Made by a program: the position numbers and the translations under genes. A stretch of DNA of 64,000 bases from Candidatus Multivoradales bacterium (lineage in GTDB: Bacteria > Acidobacteriota > Thermoanaerobaculia > Multivoradales > Multivoraceae): contig CBDCWI010000001.1 of the NCBI GenBank assembly GCA_965223325.1, positions 672,001 to 736,000 of the forward strand, read 5' to 3'. The notes under the pieces are model-generated. The model was not told the origin of the DNA. It saw only the letters and a program-made list of their open reading frames with translations, and did not search any database. The first letter of the stretch is position 1, and each line of letters starts with the position of its first letter. Shown piece by piece: positions 51,050 through 62,002 of the stretch.

Positions 51050-54000
51050 ATGCTGATTCAGACCGCGACCTCGCGCGTTGACTTCCTGCCGCGTCTTGCT
51101 GGCCCGATTGCTCTCTTCTCTCTCTTCGCACTCATCCTCGCGACTCCGGTCGTCGCCCAGTGCCCTCCCGGCACCGACGTCGGCGGCCAGCTGGTTCGAG
51201 AGTTCGAGCTCGACGGGTCCTTCGACAACAGCGCCGCCAACCACGATTTCTCAGGCAATCCGAGCCCAGTGCCCGGCGACTTCCCAGACCCACCACCCCA
51301 CGGACTCTGCACCGATGCCATGGGCAGCAATTCCATTTGTATCGAGGCGTTCACCGGTGGTAACTCCTACACCGACGTCGGGCGCGACACCATTCCCAAA
51401 CGATCTCCCGAGTGGGGACTCGGCGGGCACACGGTCGAGATCTTCGCTGCCGGAAACGTCAGCCTTGGTACCACGATGACGAATCCGGCCGACGGGACGT
51501 GGAGTTTCACCCACGCCGCCCTGTCGGCCGGCGACCCGGTGACCGTCGAGTACCTCGCCGGCCCAAGCTACTTTCATTCGGGCCCGTCGGGCTCTGACAA
51601 CCGCACGTCGGTGGTTCACACGACGGTTGGTGACTGCAGCGTCGACTTCACAGTCGCTAATCCCGCGGATCATTGCAGCGCCGATCCCGATCTCGGCCTG
51701 GCCTGCTTCGTGCGCTCGACCAGTACCGCGACCGACACCCTGATTCGCTTCGGTTGGAACGAGGGTTACCCCTTCGTCGTCGAACGCGAACGTCCCGCGA
51801 CGGCTGGTGGAGGGTCGATTCCCAATCCTGATCCCGGGGCCACTCCCAACTACGACTGGCTCGGTTTCGACGCCGACGAGGAGTACATGCCTCCGATCCC
51901 CGCTGCCACAGCAGTCGGAACGCGCGCCGAGATTGGCAACGTCTTCGGGGTCGCCTGGGACGCCAAGCGCGGAGTTTTCATGAGCTCGGCTTTCTTCAAG
52001 CTCGACGCTCCCCTGTTGACCGACGGCGCACGCACCCGTTTCGGCGCGATCTACCAGGGCAACAGTCTGTGGCTCGATCTCGGCGATCCCGCCGGCCTGG
52101 CGATGACCCTCGACCGAGGTGCCGTCTGCGACTTCGACAACAACGGCAGCGCAAACGAGTACTGCGTCAACGACATTGGTTTCAACGGGCTCGGTGATCT
52201 CGAAATCAGCGACGACTGGAACACACTGTTTTCAGTCAATCTGGCCACCCAGCAGATCGTCGCCATTCCGATTCTTCCGGACGGATCACCAGACGACGCC
52301 AACGTGCGCCTCTACCAGGCGCCCGAGCCTGCCAACTGCAGCGCCGACAACCCCGGCGGCTTCAGTCGCACCCGCGCCCCCTTTGCGCTCGGCTTTCACG
52401 AGGGTGAACTCTACGTTGGTGTCACCTGCACCCAGGGCATCGATGGCAACCCCGCTGGTGCCGACCAGCTCGGCGCTTCGCCCGGCCCGCATGGTTACGT
52501 GTTCCGGTTCGACCCCAGCAACCCGCCGGCGGCACCAGGGTACGTCCAGGTTGCAGCCGTCGACCTGACCTACGAGAAGACCTTCTACACCGAGGGCTAC
52601 ATCCTGCCGGCCACCTTCTTCGGCGACGATGGTTACGGCGGCTTCGCCAACTACAAGAACTGGGGCGACCAGGCTGACATCGTCGACTTCTTCACCAACG
52701 CCTCTGGTCTGACCGGCGCCGATGGCCAACACGATCAGTTCCCGCGCTGTGGAACCGGTAACGCCGAGAACTTCAACGGCTCCTTCAACCAGCCCTGGCT
52801 GGTCGATCTCGAGTTCGACGTCAAACCCGACGGCACCGACGACGTGATCCTCGGGGTGCGCAACCGCTTCCTCGATCAGTTCGAAGCCTCGGGCTGCGTC
52901 AACGGTGGCGGCGTCATCAGGCTTTGCGAATCAGCGGCCGGCTCGACGACCTGGGTTCAGGAGACTCCGGGAACCGGAGCCTGTGGCACGCTCGCCCCCG
53001 GTACCGGCCCCGGCGAAACCCGCGCCGATGCGCCCTTCAAGCCCAACGCTCCGCAGTTCTTCATGGATCAGGGCGCGGAGGGCCGCTTTACGAATGGCGC
53101 ACTGGCTGCCATTCCTGGTTTCCTCGAACTCGCCGTACCAGGCACCGACAACATCAGCAACCAGAACTCCTCTGGGCTCAGCTGGCTGAGCATGCTCGAC
53201 GGCGCCCACGAGCGCACCTCCTTGCTGCTCGGCGCGATGACCAGCGTCGACGCCGGTTACATCAAGTCGCCAACCTGGGGTGACATCGAAGCGGCCTGCC
53301 CAGCACCACCGCTCGAGATCGGCAACTATGTCTGGCTCGACACAGTGACCGCCAACGGCATTCAGGACGCCGACGAAGCAGCAGTGCCGGGCGTCACGGT
53401 CAATCTCTATCAGGACGCCAACGGCGACGGCCAACTGCAGGTGGCGGAGCGAATCCCGGGCAACCTGATTGCGACGACCACGACCAACGGCGACGGTCAG
53501 TACCTGTTCACCAATGCCGACGGCCTCGTATGGGATACCAACTACGTCGTCGACATCGCCCCCTCGAACTTCGATCCCGGCGGGCCCCTCGACGGCTACA
53601 CCGCCGCCATGTCCAACGTACCGGGAACCGAGACCCGTGATTCAGACGGCGTAGTGCAGCCGGCTGGCGTCTTCGGTGCCGCCGTCGCCACCGGCGCTCC
53701 CGGCCAGAACGATCACCGCTACGACTTCGGTTTCGTACTCCAGATCGTCGGCCCGCCACCGCCGCTTTCACTCGGCAACCGGGTCTGGTTCGACGAGGGT
53801 GCCGGCGGAGCAACCCGCAACGACGGCCTGCAAAGCGGCGCTGAACCAGGCGTCGCCGGCGTGCTCCTCGAACTGCTCGACGAAACCATGGCCCCGGTCG
53901 ACCTTGGCGCCGGGCCAGTCACCTCGGTTACCGATGGCTCAGGGCACTACTTGTTCGACAATCTCCCACCGGGTCGCTACATCGTGCGGGTCGCGCCGAT

Positions 54001-54370
54001 GAACTTCGACGCCGGTGGGCCTCTAGAGGACTACTCGAGCTCGACCCCGACCGAGACGTCACCCGACGACAACGCCGACACAGCCGACAACGGCCTGAAC
54101 GGCGGCAACCTGGCGACCGACGGGGTCAAGTCGGGAATCATCACGCTCACACCTGACCTCGAGCCAACCGGCGAAACCGACGTGGGCGCACAGGGATCGG
54201 GAGTTGCCGACGACGACGACTCGAACTTGACCGTCGACTTCGGCTTCATCCTCGGCCCGGCACCCCCGCCACCCGACGTGTACAGCGTGCCAAGCCTGGG
54301 CGGCATCGGCCTCCTGGTTCTGGTGCTCGTGCTGCTAGGCCTGGCCCTACCCCGCCTCCACGCCCGCTAG
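51050..54370 (+). CDS. Large cell-surface protein with two SdrD B-like domains and IPTL-CTERM-like tail
   Basis: Signal peptide; IGNYVWLD..NGIQD and LGNRVWFD..DGLQ repeats ending DFGF; tail VPSLGGIGLLVLVLVLLGLAL-PRLHAR. Confidence 0.85.
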   Translation: MLIQTATSRVDFLPRLAGPIALFSLFALILATPVVAQCPPGTDVGGQLVREFELDGSFDNSAANHDFSGNPSPVPGDFPDPPPHGLCTDAMGSNSICIEAFTGGNSYTDVGRDTIPKRSPEWGLGGHTVEIFAAGNVSLGTTMTNPADGTWSFTHAALSAGDPVTVEYLAGPSYFHSGPSGSDNRTSVVHTTVGDCSVDFTVANPADHCSADPDLGLACFVRSTSTATDTLIRFGWNEGYPFVVERERPATAGGGSIPNPDPGATPNYDWLGFDADEEYMPPIPAATAVGTRAEIGNVFGVAWDAKRGVFMSSAFFKLDAPLLTDGARTRFGAIYQGNSLWLDLGDPAGLAMTLDRGAVCDFDNNGSANEYCVNDIGFNGLGDLEISDDWNTLFSVNLATQQIVAIPILPDGSPDDANVRLYQAPEPANCSADNPGGFSRTRAPFALGFHEGELYVGVTCTQGIDGNPAGADQLGASPGPHGYVFRFDPSNPPAAPGYVQVAAVDLTYEKTFYTEGYILPATFFGDDGYGGFANYKNWGDQADIVDFFTNASGLTGADGQHDQFPRCGTGNAENFNGSFNQPWLVDLEFDVKPDGTDDVILGVRNRFLDQFEASGCVNGGGVIRLCESAAGSTTWVQETPGTGACGTLAPGTGPGETRADAPFKPNAPQFFMDQGAEGRFTNGALAAIPGFLELAVPGTDNISNQNSSGLSWLSMLDGAHERTSLLLGAMTSVDAGYIKSPTWGDIEAACPAPPLEIGNYVWLDTVTANGIQDADEAAVPGVTVNLYQDANGDGQLQVAERIPGNLIATTTTNGDGQYLFTNADGLVWDTNYVVDIAPSNFDPGGPLDGYTAAMSNVPGTETRDSDGVVQPAGVFGAAVATGAPGQNDHRYDFGFVLQIVGPPPPLSLGNRVWFDEGAGGATRNDGLQSGAEPGVAGVLLELLDETMAPVDLGAGPVTSVTDGSGHYLFDNLPPGRYIVRVAPMNFDAGGPLEDYSSSTPTETSPDDNADTADNGLNGGNLATDGVKSGIITLTPDLEPTGETDVGAQGSGVADDDDSNLTVDFGFILGPAPPPPDVYSVPSLGGIGLLVLVLVLLGLALPRLHAR

Positions 54371-54640
54371 GTCCACGGCTCGAGCTCCGTCTTCACCGCC
54401 TTCTTGGCGATCTGGAGGGCGGGGTCGCGGCCCCGGCTGCGGTTGAGGCTGCGGTTGGGGTTGGGAAACGGGCCGCGCCGGCGATCCTGGGCAGCGCGGC
54501 CCCTCTTCGGACTGCGGTGCGGAGCGCCGCCTGCCCGCGGGATCTCGACAGACGGGAACCGACCGCGACTGCACATTGAAACGTAGAGCCCTTGCTCTGC
54601 TATCTTCGGCCGCCGCCCCAACGACCCGTCCCCTCCAGAA

Positions 54641-56248
<1,608 letters not shown>

Positions 56249-56273
56249 GTCCCAACAACAGAATCCCTCCTCC

Positions 56274-57206
56274 ATGAGCTACGACCGCATTCTTTTCACC
56301 GACGGTGGCGCCAGCCCCAACCCCGGACCAGGCGGATGGGGCGTCGTGAGTATCGACCCCGCAAGCGGCGAAACCACCGACCTCTCAGGCGGCGAAAAGG
56401 AAAGCACCAACAACCGCATGGAGCTAACTGCCGCCATCAAGGCCCTCGAGTCCCTCGCCCTCGGCTCGCGCGTGCAGCTGGTCACCGACTCCAAGTACCT
56501 GCGCCAGGGCATGACGGAGTGGCTACCGCGCTGGATCGACAACGGCTGGAAGCGCAAGGTGGGAAAGAAGCTCGAGCCGGTCAAGAACGAAGACCTCTGG
56601 CGACGGCTGCACGAACTCGAGAAGCGCCATCAGGTCACCTGGAGCTGGATCAAGGGCCACGCCGGCCACGAGCACAACGAACGCGCCGACGAGCTAGCCA
56701 CGCGTGAGATCGAAAAGCGCACCGCCCTCGAGACGGCCAGTCAACCAACACGGGAACCCGCTGACTTCGAGGTCTTCCTCAAGATCACCTGCAACAAGAC
56801 CAAGGGCGCGTGGGCAGCGCAGGTTGACACCTCCAGTGGCAAACAAGAAGTTCTGACCGGGCGCCGCGACGGAGTCTCAGCCAATCAGCTCGACCTCGAA
56901 GCAGCAGCCGCCGTCCTCGAGCACCTCCCCCGCGGCACCGTCGCCTTCCACACTGGAAGCGACTACCTACGCCGCGGCGCCACCGAATGGGTAGCCAGCT
57001 GGAAGCGCTCCGGCTGGACCACCAAGGCAGGCACCCCCGTCCAGAACCGCGCCCTCTGGCAGAAGCTCGACGACATCCTGCGCACCAGACGCGCCGGTGG
57101 AAAGCCCGTGACCTGGCCGAAAGAGCCAGCGGCAAAAGAAACCCTCGAGGCGCTCTACCCGATCGCCAAAGAAGTGCAACAGGGAACCCGCGAACCAACC
57201 CACTGA
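56274..57206 (+). CDS. rnhA: Ribonuclease HI with second degenerate RNase H domain
   Basis: TDGG..PNPGPGGWG, TNNRMEL, TDSKY, KGHAG..NERADELA. The C-half repeats the fold (NQLDL, TGSDYL..G..EW...WKRSGW..PVQNRALWQKL). Confidence 0.9.
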   Translation: MSYDRILFTDGGASPNPGPGGWGVVSIDPASGETTDLSGGEKESTNNRMELTAAIKALESLALGSRVQLVTDSKYLRQGMTEWLPRWIDNGWKRKVGKKLEPVKNEDLWRRLHELEKRHQVTWSWIKGHAGHEHNERADELATREIEKRTALETASQPTREPADFEVFLKITCNKTKGAWAAQVDTSSGKQEVLTGRRDGVSANQLDLEAAAAVLEHLPRGTVAFHTGSDYLRRGATEWVASWKRSGWTTKAGTPVQNRALWQKLDDILRTRRAGGKPVTWPKEPAAKETLEALYPIAKEVQQGTREPTH

Positions 57207-57213
57207 ACCGGCC

Positions 57214-57528
57214 AAGGCGCGCGCATGAAGGCGCGACCTGCGAAGCACGAGCATGCAGGACCAACCATTCCGGCTCCGAGACCAACCAATCCGCGCAAGC
57301 CGCCGAAGGCGCGCGCATGAAGGCGCGACGTGCGAAGCACGAGCATGCAGGACCAGCCATTCCGGCTCCGAGACCAACCAATCCGCGCAAGCCGCCGAAG
57401 GCGCGCGCATGAAGGCGCGATGTGCGAAGCACGAGCATGCAGGACCAGCCATTCCGGCTCCGAGACCAACCAATCCGCGCAAGCCGCCGAAGGCGCGCGC
57501 ATGAAGGCGCGATGTGCGAAGCACGAGC
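57214..57528. repeat. Non-coding tandem repeat, 92-bp unit, about 3.4 copies
   Basis: Units start at 57214, 57306, 57398 and 57490 (aaggcgcgcgcatgaaggcgcga...) and differ by only 1-3 nt. Confidence 0.95.
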
Positions 57529-57572
57529 GTACACCCCCCTCATCCCACTCGGGCATCGCGCCAACTCCGAGA

Positions 57573-57861
57573 GGGCGGAGAGTGGAGCTCGGGACTGCCC
57601 GCGGAGCAGTCAGACGGTAAAGGCGCAGGATCCAGCTTAGGGGTGCACGGCGTGCGGGGCGGATCAGGGTGGGTAAGTGTCTGAGCGGAGCACCCACCCA
57701 AGAACCAGGCCGCGATGGACCAAGAGAAACCAACGAAGACCGCCGCGCTACCGGCGAAGCGCAGCGAGTTTTGCCCACCCCCGCCCCGCGCCCCGGGCAC
57801 CCCTTAGCTGGATGCGCCGGCCGTCGCGGAGCGGGCAGTCCCGGAGCTCCACTCTCCGCCC
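57573..57861. repeat. Long imperfect inverted repeat (~290-nt hairpin; MITE/REP-like or structured RNA)
   Basis: gggcggagagtggagctc-gggactgcccgc pairs with gcgggcagtccc-g-gagctccactctccgccc. Pairing continues inward (atccagct/agctggat, aggggtgc/gcacccct, gggtgggtaa/ttgcccaccc). Confidence 0.85.
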
Positions 57862-57918
57862 GGCGACCTGGCACACCGTCACAATCCTGCACCCCCCACC
57901 CCCTGCACGCCACGACAC

Positions 57919-57959
57919 AATCCTGCCCCCAATCCTGCCCCCAGTCCTGCCCCCAATCC
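57919..57959. repeat. 12-bp tandem repeat (aRtcctgccccc) x3
   Basis: aatcctgccccc aatcctgccccc agtcctgccccc aatcc just downstream of the oleC stop. Confidence 0.75.
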
Positions 57960-57986
57960 AATCCCATCCCATCCCAAAAAGGCCGG

Positions 57987-59678
57987 TTAACCGCGTTCAG
58001 CAACCCAGCGCGCCAACGCCTCCCGATCGATCTTGGCGTTATGCCGAATGTCGACCGGAAACCCCGGATGAAACTCGATCCGCTCAATCTCACGACTCGC
58101 CGCATGCCGCCCACAAAGCTCAAACAGCTCTGCCCGCAACTCACCCTGGTCGCGCCCCCGAGACTCAACCTCGAGCTCAACACAAAGACCAGCAACAACC
58201 GACCCGTCATCAGCCAGAACCCCAACCAACGCCGACCGCCGAACGTCAGGATGCGTATTGATCGGACCTTCAGCGGCAATCGAATAAAGCGTGCTGAACG
58301 GCGTTTCGACCCGATGCGCCTTACGCCCACACATGAACAGCCGCCCCCGCCGATCGAAATACCCCACATCCCCGGTACGATGCCAGATCACCCCCCCGAC
58401 CAGGACCTTGTGGAAGGCGTCGGCAGTGGGGCTACCGACATAGCGCGGGCTCACGTTCGGGCCGGTGACCATGATCTCGCCGATCTCGCCAAGAGTCCGG
58501 GTCTTGATCTCGCTGATGTCGGAGCGGTCGTGCATCGGTTCGTCGGTGATCGGCACGATCTCGACCGAGACCTCCGGCAGCGGCCGGCCGACACAAACGC
58601 CGGCCCCTTTGCCTGTCTGCTCGCCGGCGCCCTCACGGATCTCAGATGATCCAATCGTCGCGATCGGAAGACACTCGGTCGCACCGTAGGGAGTGTGGAC
58701 CTCGACCTCGCTTCTGAGGCATGCCGCCAAGCGCTCGACAGACTCAGCGCGCGCCGGCGCACCGGCCGAGATCACCCGTTCGAGGCTCGGAAGTTGCCGG
58801 CGGTTGAGAGTGCAGTAGCGCCCGAGCTTCTCGACCAGCGCCGGGCTCATGAAGGCATTGGTGCACTCGTAGCGCTCGAGCGCCGCGAGGAGCTTCTCGG
58901 GATCGGCCGCGGCCGGCTGGCTGGCATCCATATCGGGGACCACCGCCGCCATGCCGAGAGCTGGCCCGAAGAGAGCGAACAAGGGAAAGGTCGCGAGATC
59001 GCGTTCGCCAGGCGTGATACCGAAACACTCGCGCAGCATGTCGACCTGCGCGGCGAACATGCCATGAGTGTAGAGCGCCCCCTTCGGAGGGCCGGTACTC
59101 CCGCTGGTAAACAGCACCGCCGCTTCGCTCGCCGCCCTCGATCGAGGCAACTCGAACTTCGCTTCTCCCAGGAGCTTTGCACCCCGGCGCTCGAGTTGCG
59201 CCTGGGTCATTCCCACGCCGGGTAAGAACCGAGGACCCACGGTGACCGCACGGCGCACCGTCGGGCGCCCCCAACCCAGCAACAGGCGAGCGATCTGGGC
59301 GCGGTGCACTCCCAGAAAAGCCACTGGGCCTACATCGGCGAGCGACCGCCGTACCCACTGTCGCGGAAGGCCGGGATCGATCAGAACGGGCACCGCCTCG
59401 ACTCGAAAGAGCGCGAAGACGAGGACAAAGAAGTCGAGGCCGGGCGGCACGAAGACAACACAACGATCACCGGCCGACCAACCGTCAGCCCGCAGACCGG
59501 CGGCCAGCGCGTCGACCCGGCGATCGAGGACTCCCGCCGACAGCTCGACAAACGATCCGTCGCGCTGGGCTACGGCAACGGCCAGACGCTCGGGATCCTC
59601 CTCGGCCAGAAAGCGTAGATGATTGCTGACGTTGACGGTGGCGGTCGGTTCCGCCGCTCGATTCTCTTGCGTCCTCAC
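57987..59678 (-). CDS. oleC: OleC olefin beta-lactone synthetase (ANL family)
   Basis: PVLIDPG, FTSGSTGPPKG, TFPLFALF, TPYGATECLP, WHRTGDVG, PVDIRHNAKI. GTGA overlap with oleB. Confidence 0.9.
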   Translation of the reverse strand: MRTQENRAAEPTATVNVSNHLRFLAEEDPERLAVAVAQRDGSFVELSAGVLDRRVDALAAGLRADGWSAGDRCVVFVPPGLDFFVLVFALFRVEAVPVLIDPGLPRQWVRRSLADVGPVAFLGVHRAQIARLLLGWGRPTVRRAVTVGPRFLPGVGMTQAQLERRGAKLLGEAKFELPRSRAASEAAVLFTSGSTGPPKGALYTHGMFAAQVDMLRECFGITPGERDLATFPLFALFGPALGMAAVVPDMDASQPAAADPEKLLAALERYECTNAFMSPALVEKLGRYCTLNRRQLPSLERVISAGAPARAESVERLAACLRSEVEVHTPYGATECLPIATIGSSEIREGAGEQTGKGAGVCVGRPLPEVSVEIVPITDEPMHDRSDISEIKTRTLGEIGEIMVTGPNVSPRYVGSPTADAFHKVLVGGVIWHRTGDVGYFDRRGRLFMCGRKAHRVETPFSTLYSIAAEGPINTHPDVRRSALVGVLADDGSVVAGLCVELEVESRGRDQGELRAELFELCGRHAASREIERIEFHPGFPVDIRHNAKIDREALARWVAERG

Positions 59679-60595
59679 TGACTGCCCGCCCCTAGAAAGC
59701 TCATGACCCTCTGCGTGACGGCAAGGCGCTCGTCCTCGAGCACGAAATGGCCGGCTTCGGGAAAGGCCTCGAACTCGGCCTCCGGGCAGCGGCGCTGCCA
59801 CTCGGCGTAGAAGTCCCGGTCGAAGATGAAGTCCTGAAGGCCGAAGAGGATGAGCTTGGGCACCTGGGTGAGCTTGCTCAAGCCAGCGGCCGTCGCATGA
59901 ACGTATTCCCAGGTGGGATGCGCCGGGCCAAGGGGAATGTCGGTGACAAAGCGGTGCACCGCGAGTCGATTCGCCCACGAGTCGTAAGGTGCTTTGTAAC
60001 CCGCGACTGCCTCGTCATCCAGGCCCCGGATCGCGCAGCGTTCGACGGTGCCGCGAACGAAGAGGTTGAGGCCCCGCACCAGCAATGCTCCCAGAAGTGG
60101 TGTTCGAGCGAGCCGCAGCTCAGGCATCACGGGCTTGCCTTCTGGCAGCGGAAACGCCGAGGTGTTGAGGAGAACCAAGCGCTCAACGCGCTCGCAATGG
60201 CGCGTCGCCCAGGACGACGCGATCATGCCACCCCAGTCGTGAGCGATGAAGGTCACGCGATCGAAGCCGAGGGCGTCGATCAAAGCGTCGAGCTCAGCCA
60301 CCCGGCGCTCGAGGGTGAAGCTCCAGTCAGCAGCTCTCGGCTTCTCCGACAGCCCGCACCCTATCCAGTCAGGCGCGATGACCCGCCGGCTCTGGCTGAC
60401 CGGCGGAATCAGGTGCCGCCAGTGGAAGCTCCACGTCGGGTTGCCGTGCAACATGAAGACCGGTGACCCCTCGGGAGCGCCCTCTCTCGAAGCTTCATCG
60501 AGGTAATGCAGACGAGCTTGTTGCCCTCCGATGTCGAGGTCCAGCCAAGCGGAGCGCAGGTCTCTGATTGCCGCACGGCAGGCGAATTCGTTCAC
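59675..60595 (-). CDS. oleB: OleB beta-lactone decarboxylase (haloalkane-dehalogenase-like alpha/beta hydrolase)
   Basis: LHGNPTWSF, HDWGG nucleophile Asp, EAGHFVLED. Lies between oleA and oleC. Start uncertain (60595 or 60697). Confidence 0.85.
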   Translation of the reverse strand: MNEFACRAAIRDLRSAWLDLDIGGQQARLHYLDEASREGAPEGSPVFMLHGNPTWSFHWRHLIPPVSQSRRVIAPDWIGCGLSEKPRAADWSFTLERRVAELDALIDALGFDRVTFIAHDWGGMIASSWATRHCERVERLVLLNTSAFPLPEGKPVMPELRLARTPLLGALLVRGLNLFVRGTVERCAIRGLDDEAVAGYKAPYDSWANRLAVHRFVTDIPLGPAHPTWEYVHATAAGLSKLTQVPKLILFGLQDFIFDRDFYAEWQRRCPEAEFEAFPEAGHFVLEDERLAVTQRVMSFLGAGSQ

Positions 60596-60690
60596 GAAGG
60601 AATTGCCGGTGGGAGGGAGGTCTCTACAAGAACAGCAGGAACAAGGGCAGCTGCAAGAGGAGCAGGAGGAGAAAAAAGCGGCTAAGGCGC

Positions 60691-61806
60691 CTACCACTCA
60701 ACTCCCAACATCAGGCAGTTGAGCCCGCTTCCAATGCCCAGAAGGCCGACCCGGTGGCCACTCTCGAGGAAACCACGCTCCTCCGCCAGGGCCAATGCCA
60801 CGGGCACCGCGGCGGTGCCGGTGTTGCCCAGGAAGGCATAGGCTGCGAAGTCACGATCTTCCGGCATGTCGAGAGCTTCGAGCACCGCCTGGCGATGGCG
60901 GGCGCCAACCTGGTGGCAGACGGTGCGGTCGATCGAGTCACCGCGCCACCCGATCTCGGGCAGGAAACGCTGCCAAGTTCGACGAGCGATCTCGAGCCCG
61001 TGTTCGAGCACCTTGGGCGCATCGGTCTCCATGATCTGACGGTACAGCGGAATTCGATCGAGCGCCGCGCTCATCGCACCACTAGCGGGCAGGGCTTCGC
61101 TTTCCCCCGGATAACGAGTTTCCTCGATGCCCCAGCGACACAGTTCGTGGTGCTGCGGCTCGCTCTCGGCGACGCCGCCCAACAGACGATGGGTCGAGGT
61201 CTCGAAGGAGCCATCGGTGACCAGCACCGCAGCAGCTGCGGAACCACCGGTCAAGGTGGCGATCGAGAGCCGAAAGTTGTCGGCGTCGCCTTCTCCCTTC
61301 AAACGCGCGACGGTGGTCTCGACGATGTCGCGCGCACTCTCGCAGGTAACCACCATGCCGGCCTTGATCTGGCCCAGCTCGACCCGGTTGGCCATATCGA
61401 CGACCGCCGAGAGAACCCCCAGGCAGGCATTGGAAATGTCGTAGATCATCGCCGCCGAGGGGAGGAGGTGGCCGAGCTTGTCGAGCTCAGCGGCCACACG
61501 ACAGGCGGTCGCCGGCTCATGCAGGTCGCGGCAAACCCCGGCATAGGCGAGGGCGCCCACCTCGCTCGCTTTGACCGCCGAGCGTTCGAGCGCCGATCGA
61601 GCGGCAAGAGCCGCCCCACGCGCCATCGAGAAGCCCGGCTCCCAGAAGCGGCGTTCCTCAATCCCAGTCAACGGCTCGAGCTGGCCAAGCGCCAGGCCGA
61701 GACGCCGATAGACCGACTCGAGGCGCGACTCGAGTTCGTCGGAGTCGACGACCTCAGCCGGCAGTTCGTAGCCGATCGCGTCGAGATGCGCTGATCGATA
61801 ACGCAA
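60691..61806 (-). CDS. oleA: OleA acyl-CoA:acyl-CoA alkyltransferase (FabH/thiolase superfamily)
   Basis: GVCRD..EPATA (catalytic Glu), SNACLG (Cys), HQVG, GNTG, GIGSGLNC. Confidence 0.9.
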   Translation of the reverse strand: MRYRSAHLDAIGYELPAEVVDSDELESRLESVYRRLGLALGQLEPLTGIEERRFWEPGFSMARGAALAARSALERSAVKASEVGALAYAGVCRDLHEPATACRVAAELDKLGHLLPSAAMIYDISNACLGVLSAVVDMANRVELGQIKAGMVVTCESARDIVETTVARLKGEGDADNFRLSIATLTGGSAAAAVLVTDGSFETSTHRLLGGVAESEPQHHELCRWGIEETRYPGESEALPASGAMSAALDRIPLYRQIMETDAPKVLEHGLEIARRTWQRFLPEIGWRGDSIDRTVCHQVGARHRQAVLEALDMPEDRDFAAYAFLGNTGTAAVPVALALAEERGFLESGHRVGLLGIGSGLNCLMLGVEW

Positions 61807-62002
61807 GATGCACAGGCCTTCCTGGAAGTCGTGGGGAGAGCCGCGCTCGCACAGAGGGCGCGGCGTTTGGGACGGCGGCCGCCGTCTCGAAGAGGCATCC
61901 TATCCGAAGTGCCGAGGAACACCAGAATTCGGCTCCCGCCCCCCGCCTGTCCCCGCCGATCGCCGGTCGACGGCCGTCCGTCACCCGCAAAAAGAGCTTC
62001 TC

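Noticed and set aside
57214-57528. Possible CRISPR array
   Set aside because: The whole 92-bp unit repeats with no unique spacers, and there are no cas genes in the window.
57155-58649. ORFs of 404, 326 and 194 aa across the repeat region
   Set aside because: Low-complexity translations of the repeats or of the oleC antisense strand, with no recognisable motifs.
60596-60697. Cys-rich N-terminal extension of OleB (SSCSSCSCPCSCCSC), or a RiPP-like peptide
   Set aside because: It derives from a low-complexity purine/pyrimidine tract. A downstream GTG gives a normal-length OleB, and no modification enzymes are nearby.
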